Assembly (NCBI GenBank): GCA_900553015.1
Contig: USBY01000008.1
Location: forward strand, 535-64,534
From: an uncultured Clostridium sp.
GTDB lineage: Bacteria; Bacillota; Clostridia; TANB77; CAG-508
DNA length: 64,000 bases
Direction of reading: 5' to 3'
The position numbers were made by a program, and so were the translations under genes. Positions 28,840-38,198 of this stretch are shown here, piece by piece. Within the stretch, counting starts at the first letter, position 1. Each line of letters begins with the position of its first letter. Below the pieces are notes generated by a model. That model saw nothing but the letters and a program-made list of their open reading frames with translations, made no database searches and was not told where the DNA came from.

Positions 28840-28892
28840 TGACACGGTGTCAGCAAAATGATATATATTAATTGCAAATTGACACGATGTCA
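28840..28892. promoter_or_regulatory. two copies of a TGACAC-NN-GTGTCA type palindrome (candidate TetR operators overlapping a promoter)
   Basis: TGACACGGTGTCA at 28840-28852 and TGACACGATGTCA at 28880-28892, 40 bp apart. Each begins with TTGACA. A TetR gene lies two genes downstream. Confidence 0.6.
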
Positions 28893-28915
28893 GAAAAAGA
28901 AAGGTGGCTAAGATT

Positions 28916-29842
28916 ATGAATTTACCAAAAATTGCCCTAGGAGCTTGGGCATGGGGAAATGACGGAACATTTGGAGTTAATTATACTGCAAATGAATTAA
29001 AAGACGTATTTGAAGAAGGTATGAAAAATGGATTAAATTTATGGGACACAGCATATGCATATGGAATGGGCCAAAGTGAAAAAGTTTTAGGAGAATTTAC
29101 AAAAAATTATGATAGAAATCAATTAATAATTTCTGATAAATTTACTCCTCAATGTGAAGATGGAACACAGGATGCTATGAAAAATATGTTAAATACTAGT
29201 ATGAATTTATTACACACAGATTATATAGATATTTATTGGATTCATAATCCAATGGATGTAGAAAAATATACTCCTATGATTGCACCATTATATAAACAAG
29301 GATTAATTAAAAATGTGGGTGTATCAAATCATAACTTACAAGAATTAAAAAGAGCACAAGAAATTTTAAACAAAGATGGGATTAAAATTTCTGCAGTACA
29401 AAATCATTATAGTTTATTAAATAGATCAAGTGAAACATCTGGAATATTAGAGTATTGTAAAGAAAACGACATTACGTTTTTCTCATATATGGTTCTAGAG
29501 CAAGGAGCTTTAACAGGAAATTTTGATAAAAATCATCCATTTCCAGAAGGGTCAGACAGAGCAAAAAGTTATAATGATAAATTAGAAAAATTGGAAGAGT
29601 TAAACAAAGTATTAAATGAAGTAGCACAAACTCATAACACAAAAATACCAGTTATTGCTACAGCATGGGCTATTAATAAAGGAACACTACCAATTATAGG
29701 AGTGACAAAGACAGACCATGTATTAGATGCAAAAGAGGCAAATCAAATTGTTTTAAATGACGATGAAATAAAATATCTTGAAGAAACAGCAGATAAGCTA
29801 AATGTTTCTACAATAAGATATTGGGAAAAAGAGATGAAATAA
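28916..29842 (+). CDS. aldo/keto reductase
   Basis: ATG 28916 preferred (track ORF starts at GTG 28904). LGAWAWG, DTAYAYG, IHNP, GVSNH motifs. Confidence 0.85.
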   Translation: MNLPKIALGAWAWGNDGTFGVNYTANELKDVFEEGMKNGLNLWDTAYAYGMGQSEKVLGEFTKNYDRNQLIISDKFTPQCEDGTQDAMKNMLNTSMNLLHTDYIDIYWIHNPMDVEKYTPMIAPLYKQGLIKNVGVSNHNLQELKRAQEILNKDGIKISAVQNHYSLLNRSSETSGILEYCKENDITFFSYMVLEQGALTGNFDKNHPFPEGSDRAKSYNDKLEKLEELNKVLNEVAQTHNTKIPVIATAWAINKGTLPIIGVTKTDHVLDAKEANQIVLNDDEIKYLEETADKLNVSTIRYWEKEMK

Positions 29843-29855
29843 GGAAGGCGAAAAA

Positions 29856-30467
29856 ATGATAAAGAAAATAATTGATGCAAGAAAAGAAGAAATTATAAAT
29901 AGTTGCGAGAAACTATATAAAGATAATAACTTTAAAGATATCACAATAAAAAGTATTGGTGAAGAAACAAGTTTTTCGCGTACATCAATATATAATTATT
30001 TTCAAACAAAAGAAGAAATATTCCTAGCGCTTTTTACTAGAGAATATGAAATATGGATAGATGATTTAAGTAAAATGTATGAGCAAAATTCTACTATGAC
30101 TAAAGAGGAATTTGCAGACAAACTAGCTACTACAATTTCAAAAAGAAAAAATTTACTTAAATTACTTTCTATGAATATGTACGATATGGAAGAAAATAGT
30201 AGAATGGAAGAATTAACAGAATTTAAAAAGGCTTATGGGAATTCTATGAAAATGGTTAGAAAATGTATAGATAAATTTTTTAACACAATGAGTGAAGATA
30301 AAAAAGACGAATTTATATTTTTATTTTTCCCATTTATGTATGGAATTTATCCTTATGCAGAAGTAACAGAAAAACAAAAACAAGCAATGTCAGATGCAGA
30401 CGTTCCTTTTAAATATTTAACTATATATGAAATTACTTATAAAGGAATTTTACAGTTTTTAAAATAA
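29856..30467 (+). CDS. TetR/AcrR family transcriptional regulator
   Basis: N-terminal HTH ITIKSIGEETSFSRTSIYNYFQTKEEIF. Confidence 0.85.
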   Translation: MIKKIIDARKEEIINSCEKLYKDNNFKDITIKSIGEETSFSRTSIYNYFQTKEEIFLALFTREYEIWIDDLSKMYEQNSTMTKEEFADKLATTISKRKNLLKLLSMNMYDMEENSRMEELTEFKKAYGNSMKMVRKCIDKFFNTMSEDKKDEFIFLFFPFMYGIYPYAEVTEKQKQAMSDADVPFKYLTIYEITYKGILQFLK

Positions 30468-30498
30468 TAGTAGCTTAATTAAAACGGAGGTAATAATT

Positions 30499-31032
30499 AT
30501 GAAAATCGTTATATTAACAGGAAGTTATAATTTGCATGGTACATCAAACACATTAGTTGATGAATTTATAAAAGGTGCTGAAGAAAATAATAATGAGATA
30601 ATAAGATTTGATACTGCACATTTAAATATACGTCCATGTATTGGTTGCAATCATTGTGGTATGGATGGAGATTGTGTATTTAAAGATGATATGGTGCAAA
30701 TATTAGATGCAGTAGAAGATGCAGACATGTTAGTTTTAGCAACACCAGTTTATTATTTTGCAATGACAGCTCCACTAAAAGCTGCAATAGATAGATTTTA
30801 TTCTAGGACTGGAAGAATAAGTCGTAAAAGATTAAGAACAGCATTTATTATGACTTGTTGGAATACAGATGATTCTACAGTGGAGCCATTAATAGTACAT
30901 TATAAAAAATTAGTTAGTTACATGAACTATAAAGATGAAGGTATGATTATAGGAAAAGGTTGTGGAACTGTAGGAATGATGCCAACACATTTTTATAACG
31001 AAGCATATGAATTAGGTAAAAAGATTAAATAA
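30499..31032 (+). CDS. flavodoxin-like FMN reductase / iron-sulfur flavoprotein
   Basis: MKIVILTGS..GTS flavodoxin-fold start, CIGCNHCGMDGDC cysteine motif. No signal or anchor, so cytoplasmic. Confidence 0.75.
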   Translation: MKIVILTGSYNLHGTSNTLVDEFIKGAEENNNEIIRFDTAHLNIRPCIGCNHCGMDGDCVFKDDMVQILDAVEDADMLVLATPVYYFAMTAPLKAAIDRFYSRTGRISRKRLRTAFIMTCWNTDDSTVEPLIVHYKKLVSYMNYKDEGMIIGKGCGTVGMMPTHFYNEAYELGKKIK

Positions 31033-31049
31033 AATTTTGGAGGAATACT

Positions 31050-32504
31050 ATGAATAAAAAGGTTGTTGCACTCATAATTGCAATTATCATTGTAGGAGTT
31101 ATATCGGGACTAATTTATGTAATGAATAAGCAAGATGAAAATGGAAACGAAACAAATAATCTAGTAAGTACAAATAATGCAGAACTAACAAATGATCTAA
31201 TCTTAATTAATGGAGGAACTTATCTGATGGGAAGTCCTGAAACAGAAATGCAGAGGGAAACAGATGAGGTACAGCATGAAGTTACAGTAAGCGATTTCTA
31301 TATTGGAAGATATGAAGTAACACAAAAAGAATATGAAGAAGTAATGGGAGAAAATCCAAGTAATTTTGAAGGAGAAAATTTACCTGTAGAAAATGTTACA
31401 TGGTATGAAGCAATTGAATATTGTAATAAATTAAGCGAAAAAGAGGGATTAACACCTGTTTATACAATTGATGGTGAAAACGTAAGTTGGGATAGAAGTG
31501 CAAATGGATATAGATTGCCAACAGAAGCTGAATGGGAATATGCAGCAAGAGCAGGAACAACATCGACTTTTAATACTGAAAACTCAATAAGTGATGAAGA
31601 AGCAAATTACTATGGACATTATCCATATGGAATAGAAGAAAATTATTTTACACAAGAAAATCTTGAGACAGAGCCAGGACAATATCGACAAACAACAGTT
31701 GAAGTTGATAGCTTTTCTCCAAACAAATGGGGCTTATATAATATCCATGGAAATGTAGCAGAATGGTGTTTTGACTATTATGGGGCATATGATTTAGAAA
31801 ATACAGACAATCCATCAGGACCTACAACTGGAACATTAAGAGTAAATAGAGGTGGAGGTTGGAATGATTATGCAAAACATTTAAGATGTGCATACCGTGC
31901 ATCAACAACACCAGACCAAAAAATGAGTAATATTGGTTTTAGAGTAGTAAGAAATGGGGACAATAATTCTGACACATCAGTGATTAGTGATACAAATAGA
32001 AATTTACAAACACAAACAGGCGGAAATATATTAATTGCATATTTTTCTTGGAGCGGAAATACCGAAAATGCAGCACAAGTAATTCAAGAACAAACAGGAG
32101 CAGATATTATAGAATTAAACCCAGCAGAACCTTATTCATCAAATTATAGCGAGGTATTAGACCAAGCACAAAAAGATATGAATGCAGATGCAAGACCAGA
32201 ACTTGCAAACCATGTAGAAAATATGGAGCAATATGACACTATATTACTAGGGTATCCTAATTGGTGGGCGACAATACCAATGCCAGTGGCAACATTTATA
32301 GAAGAATATGACTTTAGTGGAAAAACAATAATTCCATTTTGTAGCCATGGTGGTGGAGGATTTGGCCAAAGCATAACAGATATTTCTAAACTTGCACCAA
32401 ATTCAAGAATAGGAGAAGGTTTAAGCATACATTATTCAGGAGGCACTAGTTTAGAAAATGATATTACAACTTGGTTAAATTCTAATGGAGTTGCTACAAA
32501 TTAA
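31050..32504 (+). CDS. membrane-anchored fusion: formylglycine-generating-enzyme (SUMF1) domain plus flavodoxin domain
   Basis: Anchor VVALIIAIIIVGVISGLIYV. FGE-type motifs (GGTYLMGS, RLPTEAEWEYAARAG, HGNVAEWC, RGGGW, GFRVVR). Then flavodoxin_4-like ILIAYFSWSGNTE...YPNWW. Confidence 0.8.
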   Translation: MNKKVVALIIAIIIVGVISGLIYVMNKQDENGNETNNLVSTNNAELTNDLILINGGTYLMGSPETEMQRETDEVQHEVTVSDFYIGRYEVTQKEYEEVMGENPSNFEGENLPVENVTWYEAIEYCNKLSEKEGLTPVYTIDGENVSWDRSANGYRLPTEAEWEYAARAGTTSTFNTENSISDEEANYYGHYPYGIEENYFTQENLETEPGQYRQTTVEVDSFSPNKWGLYNIHGNVAEWCFDYYGAYDLENTDNPSGPTTGTLRVNRGGGWNDYAKHLRCAYRASTTPDQKMSNIGFRVVRNGDNNSDTSVISDTNRNLQTQTGGNILIAYFSWSGNTENAAQVIQEQTGADIIELNPAEPYSSNYSEVLDQAQKDMNADARPELANHVENMEQYDTILLGYPNWWATIPMPVATFIEEYDFSGKTIIPFCSHGGGGFGQSITDISKLAPNSRIGEGLSIHYSGGTSLENDITTWLNSNGVATN

Positions 32505-32521
32505 AATGTGGGGTAAAGAAA

Positions 32522-33193
32522 ATGAAAAATAAAGTGAAAATGATAATAGATATAGCAATGACAATATTGTTTATTATACTAATGGGTTATTATGTAACAG
32601 ATAGTGCTGTACACGAAATATTAGGAACAATTACATTTATACTATTTATACTGCATCATATCCTAAATATAAAATGGTATAAATCTATATTTAAGGGCAA
32701 GCATAGTTTTAGAAGAACATTTCACATCATTCTTAATTTATTACTATTTTTAGCAATGGTTGGAATGATGGTAAGTGGAATAATGATTTCAGCTGATGTA
32801 TTTGCATTTTTAGATATACCAACTACAATGTTTGGAAGGAATTTACATATGATTTCAACAGCATGGGGGTTTGTACTAATGGGAATACATGTTGGACTTC
32901 ACATAGCAGGTTTTATGAATAAATTAAATAAAAAAATGAAAAATAGTACATTTGAATATGTATATTACTTTATATTAATACTATTAGTTGGCTTAGGAAT
33001 ATATTCATTTATATCTTTAAGATTATGGGAAGAAATGTTTTTATTAGTACATTTTAAATTTTTTGATTACGAGCAAAGTCCATTAATGTTTTATTTAAAA
33101 TATATAGTATTATTAATTGCTATCATTCTAATTGTTTATTGGATATTTAATTTTATAAATAAAGTTAAAAATAAAAAAGAGGGAGGAAATTAA
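32522..33193 (+). CDS. DUF4405-like polytopic membrane protein (cytochrome b-like, His-rich helices)
   Basis: Six hydrophobic segments with intramembrane His (HEILG, LHHILN, LHMIS, IHVGLHI). Confidence 0.6.
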   Translation: MKNKVKMIIDIAMTILFIILMGYYVTDSAVHEILGTITFILFILHHILNIKWYKSIFKGKHSFRRTFHIILNLLLFLAMVGMMVSGIMISADVFAFLDIPTTMFGRNLHMISTAWGFVLMGIHVGLHIAGFMNKLNKKMKNSTFEYVYYFILILLVGLGIYSFISLRLWEEMFLLVHFKFFDYEQSPLMFYLKYIVLLIAIILIVYWIFNFINKVKNKKEGGN

Positions 33194-33194
33194 A

Positions 33195-33737
33195 ATGCAA
33201 AAAAATATTGGTTCAAAATTAGCATTATATCCAATGCCATTATTAGTAATAGGAACAATGGTAGATGGAAAAGTAAATTGGCTTTTAGCAGGTCATAGTG
33301 GAATTATAGGGCATGACAAGGTTATGGTTAGTTTAGTTAAAACACATTACACAAATAAAGGAATTAAAGACACAAAAACATTATCAATTAATATAGTTGA
33401 TGAAAGTATGCTAAAAAAAGCAGATTATGTTGGAAGTGTAAGCGGTAGCAAAGTAGATAAATCAGAAGTATTTGAATATCACATAGGTGAAGCAGGTGCT
33501 CCAATAATAGATAATGCACCAGTAGTTATGGAATGTAAAGTAGAAGATAATTACGAAACTGAAACTTTTGATAATTTTATAATGTCTATATCAAATACTT
33601 ATGTTCAAGAAGAAAATTTAGATGAAAAAGGAAAAATTGATTATACTAAATTTAGTCCAGTTTTATTTGAATTTCCTAAATATACTTATTTAAGAACAGG
33701 AGATACTATAGGAAATTGTTTAAGATTAGATAAATAA
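33195..33737 (+). CDS. flavin reductase family protein
   Basis: 180 aa, flavin-reductase-like beta barrel (LYPMPLLVIGT...). No anchor. Start is 1 nt after the DUF4405 stop. Confidence 0.7.
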   Translation: MQKNIGSKLALYPMPLLVIGTMVDGKVNWLLAGHSGIIGHDKVMVSLVKTHYTNKGIKDTKTLSINIVDESMLKKADYVGSVSGSKVDKSEVFEYHIGEAGAPIIDNAPVVMECKVEDNYETETFDNFIMSISNTYVQEENLDEKGKIDYTKFSPVLFEFPKYTYLRTGDTIGNCLRLDK

Positions 33738-33760
33738 TTAAATATATGGAGGATAAAATT

Positions 33761-34450
33761 ATGAACAAAAAAGTAGTAGTGTTAATAGTTTTAATATTAG
33801 TAATAGTTATAGCAGGAATAATTATAGGTATTAATTTAGCGGGAAGAAATGAAAATACAAATATAGCAGAAAACAAAACAAACAATGAAAGACAAACAAA
33901 TACAGAGGAAGTAGCACAAGCTACGAATAATGAAACAAATACAGAGATAGCTCAAAACAATGAAGGAAATGGAAGCGGAAAAATATTAGTAGTATATTTT
34001 TCACATACAGGAAATACAGAAACTGTTGCAAACTTTATACATGAAGCAGTTGGAGGAGATATTGTAAAACTAGAAACAGAAGAAGAATATACTGATAATT
34101 ACAATGATTTATTAGATATAGCACAAGAAGAAAAAAATGAAAATGCAAGACCAGCTTTAAAAACAGAAATCTCTAGTATTGATGAATATGATACTATATT
34201 TTTAGGCTATCCAATTTGGTGGGGAGATATGCCAATGGCATTATATACATTTTTAGATGAATATGATTTAAGTGGAAAAACAATAGTACCATTTACTACA
34301 AGTGGAGGCTCTGGACTTTCTGGAACACCTAGTGATATAGGGGATGAAGAGCCAAATGCAACTGTAACAGAAGGATTATCAATAATAGATGACAATGTAG
34401 AAAATTCACAAGATGATGTAAACGAATGGTTATCTGAAATAGGTTTTTAA
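33761..34450 (+). CDS. membrane-anchored flavodoxin
   Basis: ATG 33761 after GGAGGA. Anchor VVVLIVLILVIVIAGIIIGI, N/T/E-rich linker, flavodoxin_4-like ILVVYFSHTGNTE...YPIWWG. Confidence 0.8.
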   Translation: MNKKVVVLIVLILVIVIAGIIIGINLAGRNENTNIAENKTNNERQTNTEEVAQATNNETNTEIAQNNEGNGSGKILVVYFSHTGNTETVANFIHEAVGGDIVKLETEEEYTDNYNDLLDIAQEEKNENARPALKTEISSIDEYDTIFLGYPIWWGDMPMALYTFLDEYDLSGKTIVPFTTSGGSGLSGTPSDIGDEEPNATVTEGLSIIDDNVENSQDDVNEWLSEIGF

Positions 34451-34465
34451 GGAGAATAATATAGT

Positions 34466-35035
34466 ATGAAAAAAGTTATATTAATAATAATTCTATTAAT
34501 AATTATACTCGGTGTTATAGGAACAATAGCATATTTTAATAAAAATGAAAACATTCAAAACAATAATAATTTGGAACAAGAGAGGACAGAGGATAATATA
34601 AATAATGTTATTGAAAATAGTAGTAATGCAAATGATTCTCAAAATTTACAAAATGAGGGAGAAGAAGTAAGTATGGAAAATGCAAGAATAAAATTAACTG
34701 TAGATGGAAATGAAATATTTGTTAGATTAGATGATAATCAAGCAAGTAGAGATTTTTTAGAGATGTTGCCTTTAACTTTAACATTTGAAGACTTTAATAA
34801 TACAGAAAAAATAGCAACTTTACCAAATAAATTATCAACAGAAGATTTACCTTCAGGATATACACCACAAGTTGGAGATTTTTCATATTATGCACCTTGG
34901 GGAAATATATCAGTATTTTATAAAGATTTTAGATATTCTAATTCTTTATATAAGTTAGGAACAATAGAAGCCGGTACTGAAATATTAGGAAATTTAAATA
35001 ATGATTTTGAAGTAACTATTGAAAGAGTTAATTAG
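34466..35035 (+). CDS. membrane-anchored cyclophilin-like fold protein
   Basis: Anchor VILIIILLIIILGVIGTIAYF. C-terminal IKLTVDGNEIFVRLDDNQAS..NTEKIATL..GDFSYYAPWGNISVFY. Paralog of 13431. Confidence 0.75.
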   Translation: MKKVILIIILLIIILGVIGTIAYFNKNENIQNNNNLEQERTEDNINNVIENSSNANDSQNLQNEGEEVSMENARIKLTVDGNEIFVRLDDNQASRDFLEMLPLTLTFEDFNNTEKIATLPNKLSTEDLPSGYTPQVGDFSYYAPWGNISVFYKDFRYSNSLYKLGTIEAGTEILGNLNNDFEVTIERVN

Positions 35036-35089
35036 AAATATTATTATTATGTTTAAATTAATTTAAAATATAAAAAAGGAGGTCTTATT

Positions 35090-35386
35090 ATGAGTTTTAC
35101 AATTAATATTTATTATACAGGAGAAAACGGAAGTGCAAAAAAATTTGCAAAAGAAATGGTAGAAAAGGGAGTAGTAGAAAGAGTAAGAGCTGAAAAAGGT
35201 AATCAAAAATATGAATATTTCTTCCCAATGGATGATCCAGAAACTGTTTTATTAATAGATAGATGGGAAAATCAAGAAGCTTTAGATGCACATCATAAAT
35301 CTCCAATGATGAAAGAAATTGCAGATTTAAGAGATAAATATCATCTTCATATGAGAGTAGAACAATTTGTAGAAAGAAAAATATGA
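35090..35386 (+). CDS. antibiotic-biosynthesis-monooxygenase (ABM) family / putative quinol monooxygenase
   Basis: 98 aa ferredoxin-like fold pattern; WENQEALDAHHKSPMM is the typical ABM motif. Confidence 0.75.
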   Translation: MSFTINIYYTGENGSAKKFAKEMVEKGVVERVRAEKGNQKYEYFFPMDDPETVLLIDRWENQEALDAHHKSPMMKEIADLRDKYHLHMRVEQFVERKI

Positions 35387-35414
35387 AGAGCTAACTCTAA
35401 CTGAGTTAGCTCTT
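35386..35414. terminator. bidirectional hairpin between convergent genes
   Basis: Perfect 12-bp stem AAGAGCTAACTC / GAGTTAGCTCTT. Confidence 0.7.
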
Positions 35415-35454
35415 CAATTTGCAAAAATTCATTGAATCTTTGCCTGTTTTTTTC

Positions 35455-36081
35455 CTATACAAATTCTTTTTTGGGAAGTATCATATCTGAAGCGTCCCAC
35501 AGAATAATACAATGTTCGGGATTCAAGTCTATTTCTTTCCCTACATTGAATTGGACTGCTGCTTCTTCCGGTTCCCAGTATTTCTGCTTCAATATGCAGA
35601 TTTCATCCCAAGTAGGCCATTTATCTCCTCCAAATATAATTAGTTTATTATCCTTAAAAATGACCTTTTTTTCTTGAGAATAATATTTTCTTTTAGCATC
35701 TGCATATGCTTGTTTAATTCTTTCTACTAATTTCCTTTCAGCTTTTGCATAGACAGCTCTATATCTCCATAGATGTAAGGAGAATATTTCAATATTTACA
35801 TATTGTGATTTTGCAGGATGTACCTGCATTGCAACTTCATCTTGTTCCCAAAACAATTCTTTTAAGCTTACCATTTCTTCATAAGTTGGTAGCCTATGTT
35901 TGGGATTGAGCATTACATGCTCAAAATCATCATCTTTAAAGTTGATAGCCGAAATAGTGGCTGTTTTAGTAATGCTAGGAAGTAAAAATTCGGAACGCTG
36001 AGACGATGAAATTCCCATTTCCCGAATAATAGATTCTTCTGAAGTATTGTGTTCTAATTGAATTGTTCTTAAATCTTTCAT
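35455..36081 (-). CDS. hypothetical protein with an internally duplicated ~45-aa domain
   Basis: Own promoter and the shared terminator. Two related segments (LPTYEEMVSLKELFWEQDEVAMQ...LHLW and WPTWDEICILKQKYWEPEEAAVQ...IILW). Locally higher G+C. Confidence 0.6.
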   Translation of the reverse strand: MKDLRTIQLEHNTSEESIIREMGISSSQRSEFLLPSITKTATISAINFKDDDFEHVMLNPKHRLPTYEEMVSLKELFWEQDEVAMQVHPAKSQYVNIEIFSLHLWRYRAVYAKAERKLVERIKQAYADAKRKYYSQEKKVIFKDNKLIIFGGDKWPTWDEICILKQKYWEPEEAAVQFNVGKEIDLNPEHCIILWDASDMILPKKEFV

Positions 36082-36137
36082 TTTGCAAAATCCTTTCTTA
36101 TTTTTAATATAGGAATATAACGTAACTTCAAGTATAT

Positions 36138-36167
36138 ATTATATCAGGAAAATTGTATTTATGTCAA
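36138..36167 (-). promoter_or_regulatory. sigma-A type promoter for 35455-36081
   Basis: On the minus strand: TTGACA, 18 nt, TATAAT. Confidence 0.6.
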
Positions 36168-36205
36168 CAAAAGCAAATCTATAAAATTCTATCTGATAAA
36201 ATATT

Positions 36206-36243
36206 AAAAAAAAGATGGAGCCTAATTTACTTTGAATTAGGCT
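36206..36243 (-). terminator. rho-independent terminator after 36244-36822
   Basis: AGCCTAAT / ATTAGGCT stem next to the stop, followed on the minus strand by T8. Confidence 0.7.
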
Positions 36244-36822
36244 TTATATACTTTCTACAATTTTTTTTGCTTCTTCATAACCTTCCAAATCACTTAATTT
36301 AAGATTTTCAAAATCAGCATATATCTTATTTTTATAACAATAAATATCTATTGGAATTTTTATAATTTTATTAATCGGATAAGATTGAGAATTTAATAAT
36401 AATGTTAATATTTTATATGCATTATTATCTTTTAATTTATATACATTTATAAATTTTTCTTTATATAAAATTGTAATATAATATAGTTTATAACAACTTC
36501 TTCCATGGCAACTAAATCCCGTATTAATAACATAACCTGTATTTTTTTTACCAATTTCTTTTAAATATTTATTTTCTTTATTATTTTTTGGTGCAAAGTA
36601 CATAGTTAATGCCATAATTCCTAAAATAGCGCTGTATGAAAATGCAATAATCAGTGTTAATACGATAAAATTCTTATTATTTGCAATTAAAGCTAATATA
36701 GTAAAAATAATCATACCAATTAACCAAAGTGCAAATAAAAAATACTTTAATTTTTTATTTGTGAAAATATCGTTAGACTCTAATTCTTGTAATTTATATA
36801 ATTCTTCCATATTTTTCTCCAA
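36244..36822 (-). CDS. hypothetical membrane protein
   Basis: Two to three N-terminal TM helices, then a ~100-aa soluble tail (GYVINTGFSCHGRSCYKLYY). Confidence 0.5.
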   Translation of the reverse strand: MEKNMEELYKLQELESNDIFTNKKLKYFLFALWLIGMIIFTILALIANNKNFIVLTLIIAFSYSAILGIMALTMYFAPKNNKENKYLKEIGKKNTGYVINTGFSCHGRSCYKLYYITILYKEKFINVYKLKDNNAYKILTLLLNSQSYPINKIIKIPIDIYCYKNKIYADFENLKLSDLEGYEEAKKIVESI

Positions 36823-36965
36823 TTTTTTATTTCCTTTTTATTCATTATAAATCAGTTAAATTAAAAAATAAAGAAAATAAAAATATATAATCATTCGATT
36901 AGTTGTTATCTGGATATTTTTATGTTATCATGATGAATAAGTTGAATAAAAGGAGAGAGCTTTAC

Positions 36966-37499
36966 ATGATATATGTAGCAAACTATAAATCACCTATTGG
37001 AAATCTTTTAATTGCAAGTAAAAATAACAAATTAATAGGTTTATGGATTGAGGGACAAAATATTACTTCTCGAATTTTAAAGATGAAGTTCAACAATTAG
37101 ACAATAATATTTTATTAGATACAAAAAAATGGTTGGATAAATATTTTAATAAAGAAAAGCCCAGTATAAATGATTTAGAAATAAATCTTATAGGTAGTAA
37201 GTTTAGAAAAGAAGTTTGGAAAATATTATGTACAATTCCGTACGGAAAAGTCATTACATATAATGATATTTCTAAACAAATTGCACATAATAGAGGAATA
37301 AATAAAATGTCCGCACAAGCAATAGGAGGAGCGGTTGGTCATAATCCAATTTCTATAATTATTCCATGTCATAGAGTTGTTGGTTCTAATGGAAATTTAA
37401 CCGGATATGCCGGAGGAATAGATAAAAATATACTTACTAAAGCATGAAGAAGTTGATATGGAAAATTTGTTTTTTCCAAGAAAGGGGATTGCTTTATGA
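36966..37499 (+). pseudogene. ogt: methylated-DNA--protein-cysteine methyltransferase with two frameshifts
   Basis: Three frames carry consecutive Ogt parts: SPIGNLLI..LWIEGQ (stop 37098-37100); YYFSNFKDE..IPCHRVVGSNG (active-site PCHR); IYLLKHEEVDMENLFFP ending TGA 37497-37499. Shifts lie near A4 37057-37060 (one nt missing) and A5 37424-37428 (one nt extra). Confidence 0.75.
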
Positions 37500-38044
37500 A
37501 TAAAAAAAGATGTAAATGGTGTAATTTAAAAAATGAGTTATATGTAAAATATCATGATGAAGAATGGTGCAAGCCAAACTTTGATGACAAGTATTTATTT
37601 GAAATGTTGATATTAGAATCCTTTCAGGCTGGACTATCTTGGGAATGCATATTAAATAAAAGAAAAGAATTTGAAAAAGCATATGATAACTTTGATTTAA
37701 ATAAAGTTTGTAATTATGATAATAAAAAGATAGAAGAATTAATAGAAAATAAAGGAATTGTAAGGAACAAATTAAAAATAAATGCTAGTGTGAATAATGC
37801 TAAAATATTTAGAAATATAAAAAGAGAATATGGAAGTTTTTATAATTATTTAAAAACATTTACGAATGGAGAAATAATCTTTGAAACAGGAAAAACTACT
37901 AATGAGCTGTCAGATACAATTTCAAAAGATTTGAAGAAAAGAGGAATGAAGTTTGTAGGAAGTACAATTATTTATTCGTACCTACAAGCCATTGGAATTA
38001 TTGATTCACACGACAAAGAGTGCTATTTATATTCGAAAAATTAA
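37496..38044 (+). CDS. tag: DNA-3-methyladenine glycosylase I
   Basis: RCKWC..YHDEEWC zinc motif, FEMLILESFQAGLSW, GMKFVGSTIIYSYLQAIG. Confidence 0.9.
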   Translation: MNKKRCKWCNLKNELYVKYHDEEWCKPNFDDKYLFEMLILESFQAGLSWECILNKRKEFEKAYDNFDLNKVCNYDNKKIEELIENKGIVRNKLKINASVNNAKIFRNIKREYGSFYNYLKTFTNGEIIFETGKTTNELSDTISKDLKKRGMKFVGSTIIYSYLQAIGIIDSHDKECYLYSKN

Positions 38045-38131
38045 CATTGATTAATAAAATATTAAATTATATAAAGTAAAAAAGCCTTACTACATTAATA
38101 GTGAGGTTTTATTAGTTATATTAAAAAAAGC

Positions 38132-38162
38132 TGTAACCTTTTTTAAAAAAATGGAACTATAA
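38132..38162 (+). promoter_or_regulatory. candidate ECF-type promoter of sigma gene 38199
   Basis: TGTAAC, 17 nt, AACTATAA; parallels 5919-5949. Confidence 0.5.
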
Positions 38163-38198
38163 TAGTGAAAGTACTTTTACAAGGAGTTTAGATCTAAA

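Noticed and set aside
35432-35677. Plus-strand ORF overlapping the 3' part of 35455-36081.
   Set aside because: The minus-strand reading has a consensus promoter, a start context, a terminator and an internal domain duplication. The plus-strand ORF starts inside the terminator region with no RBS.
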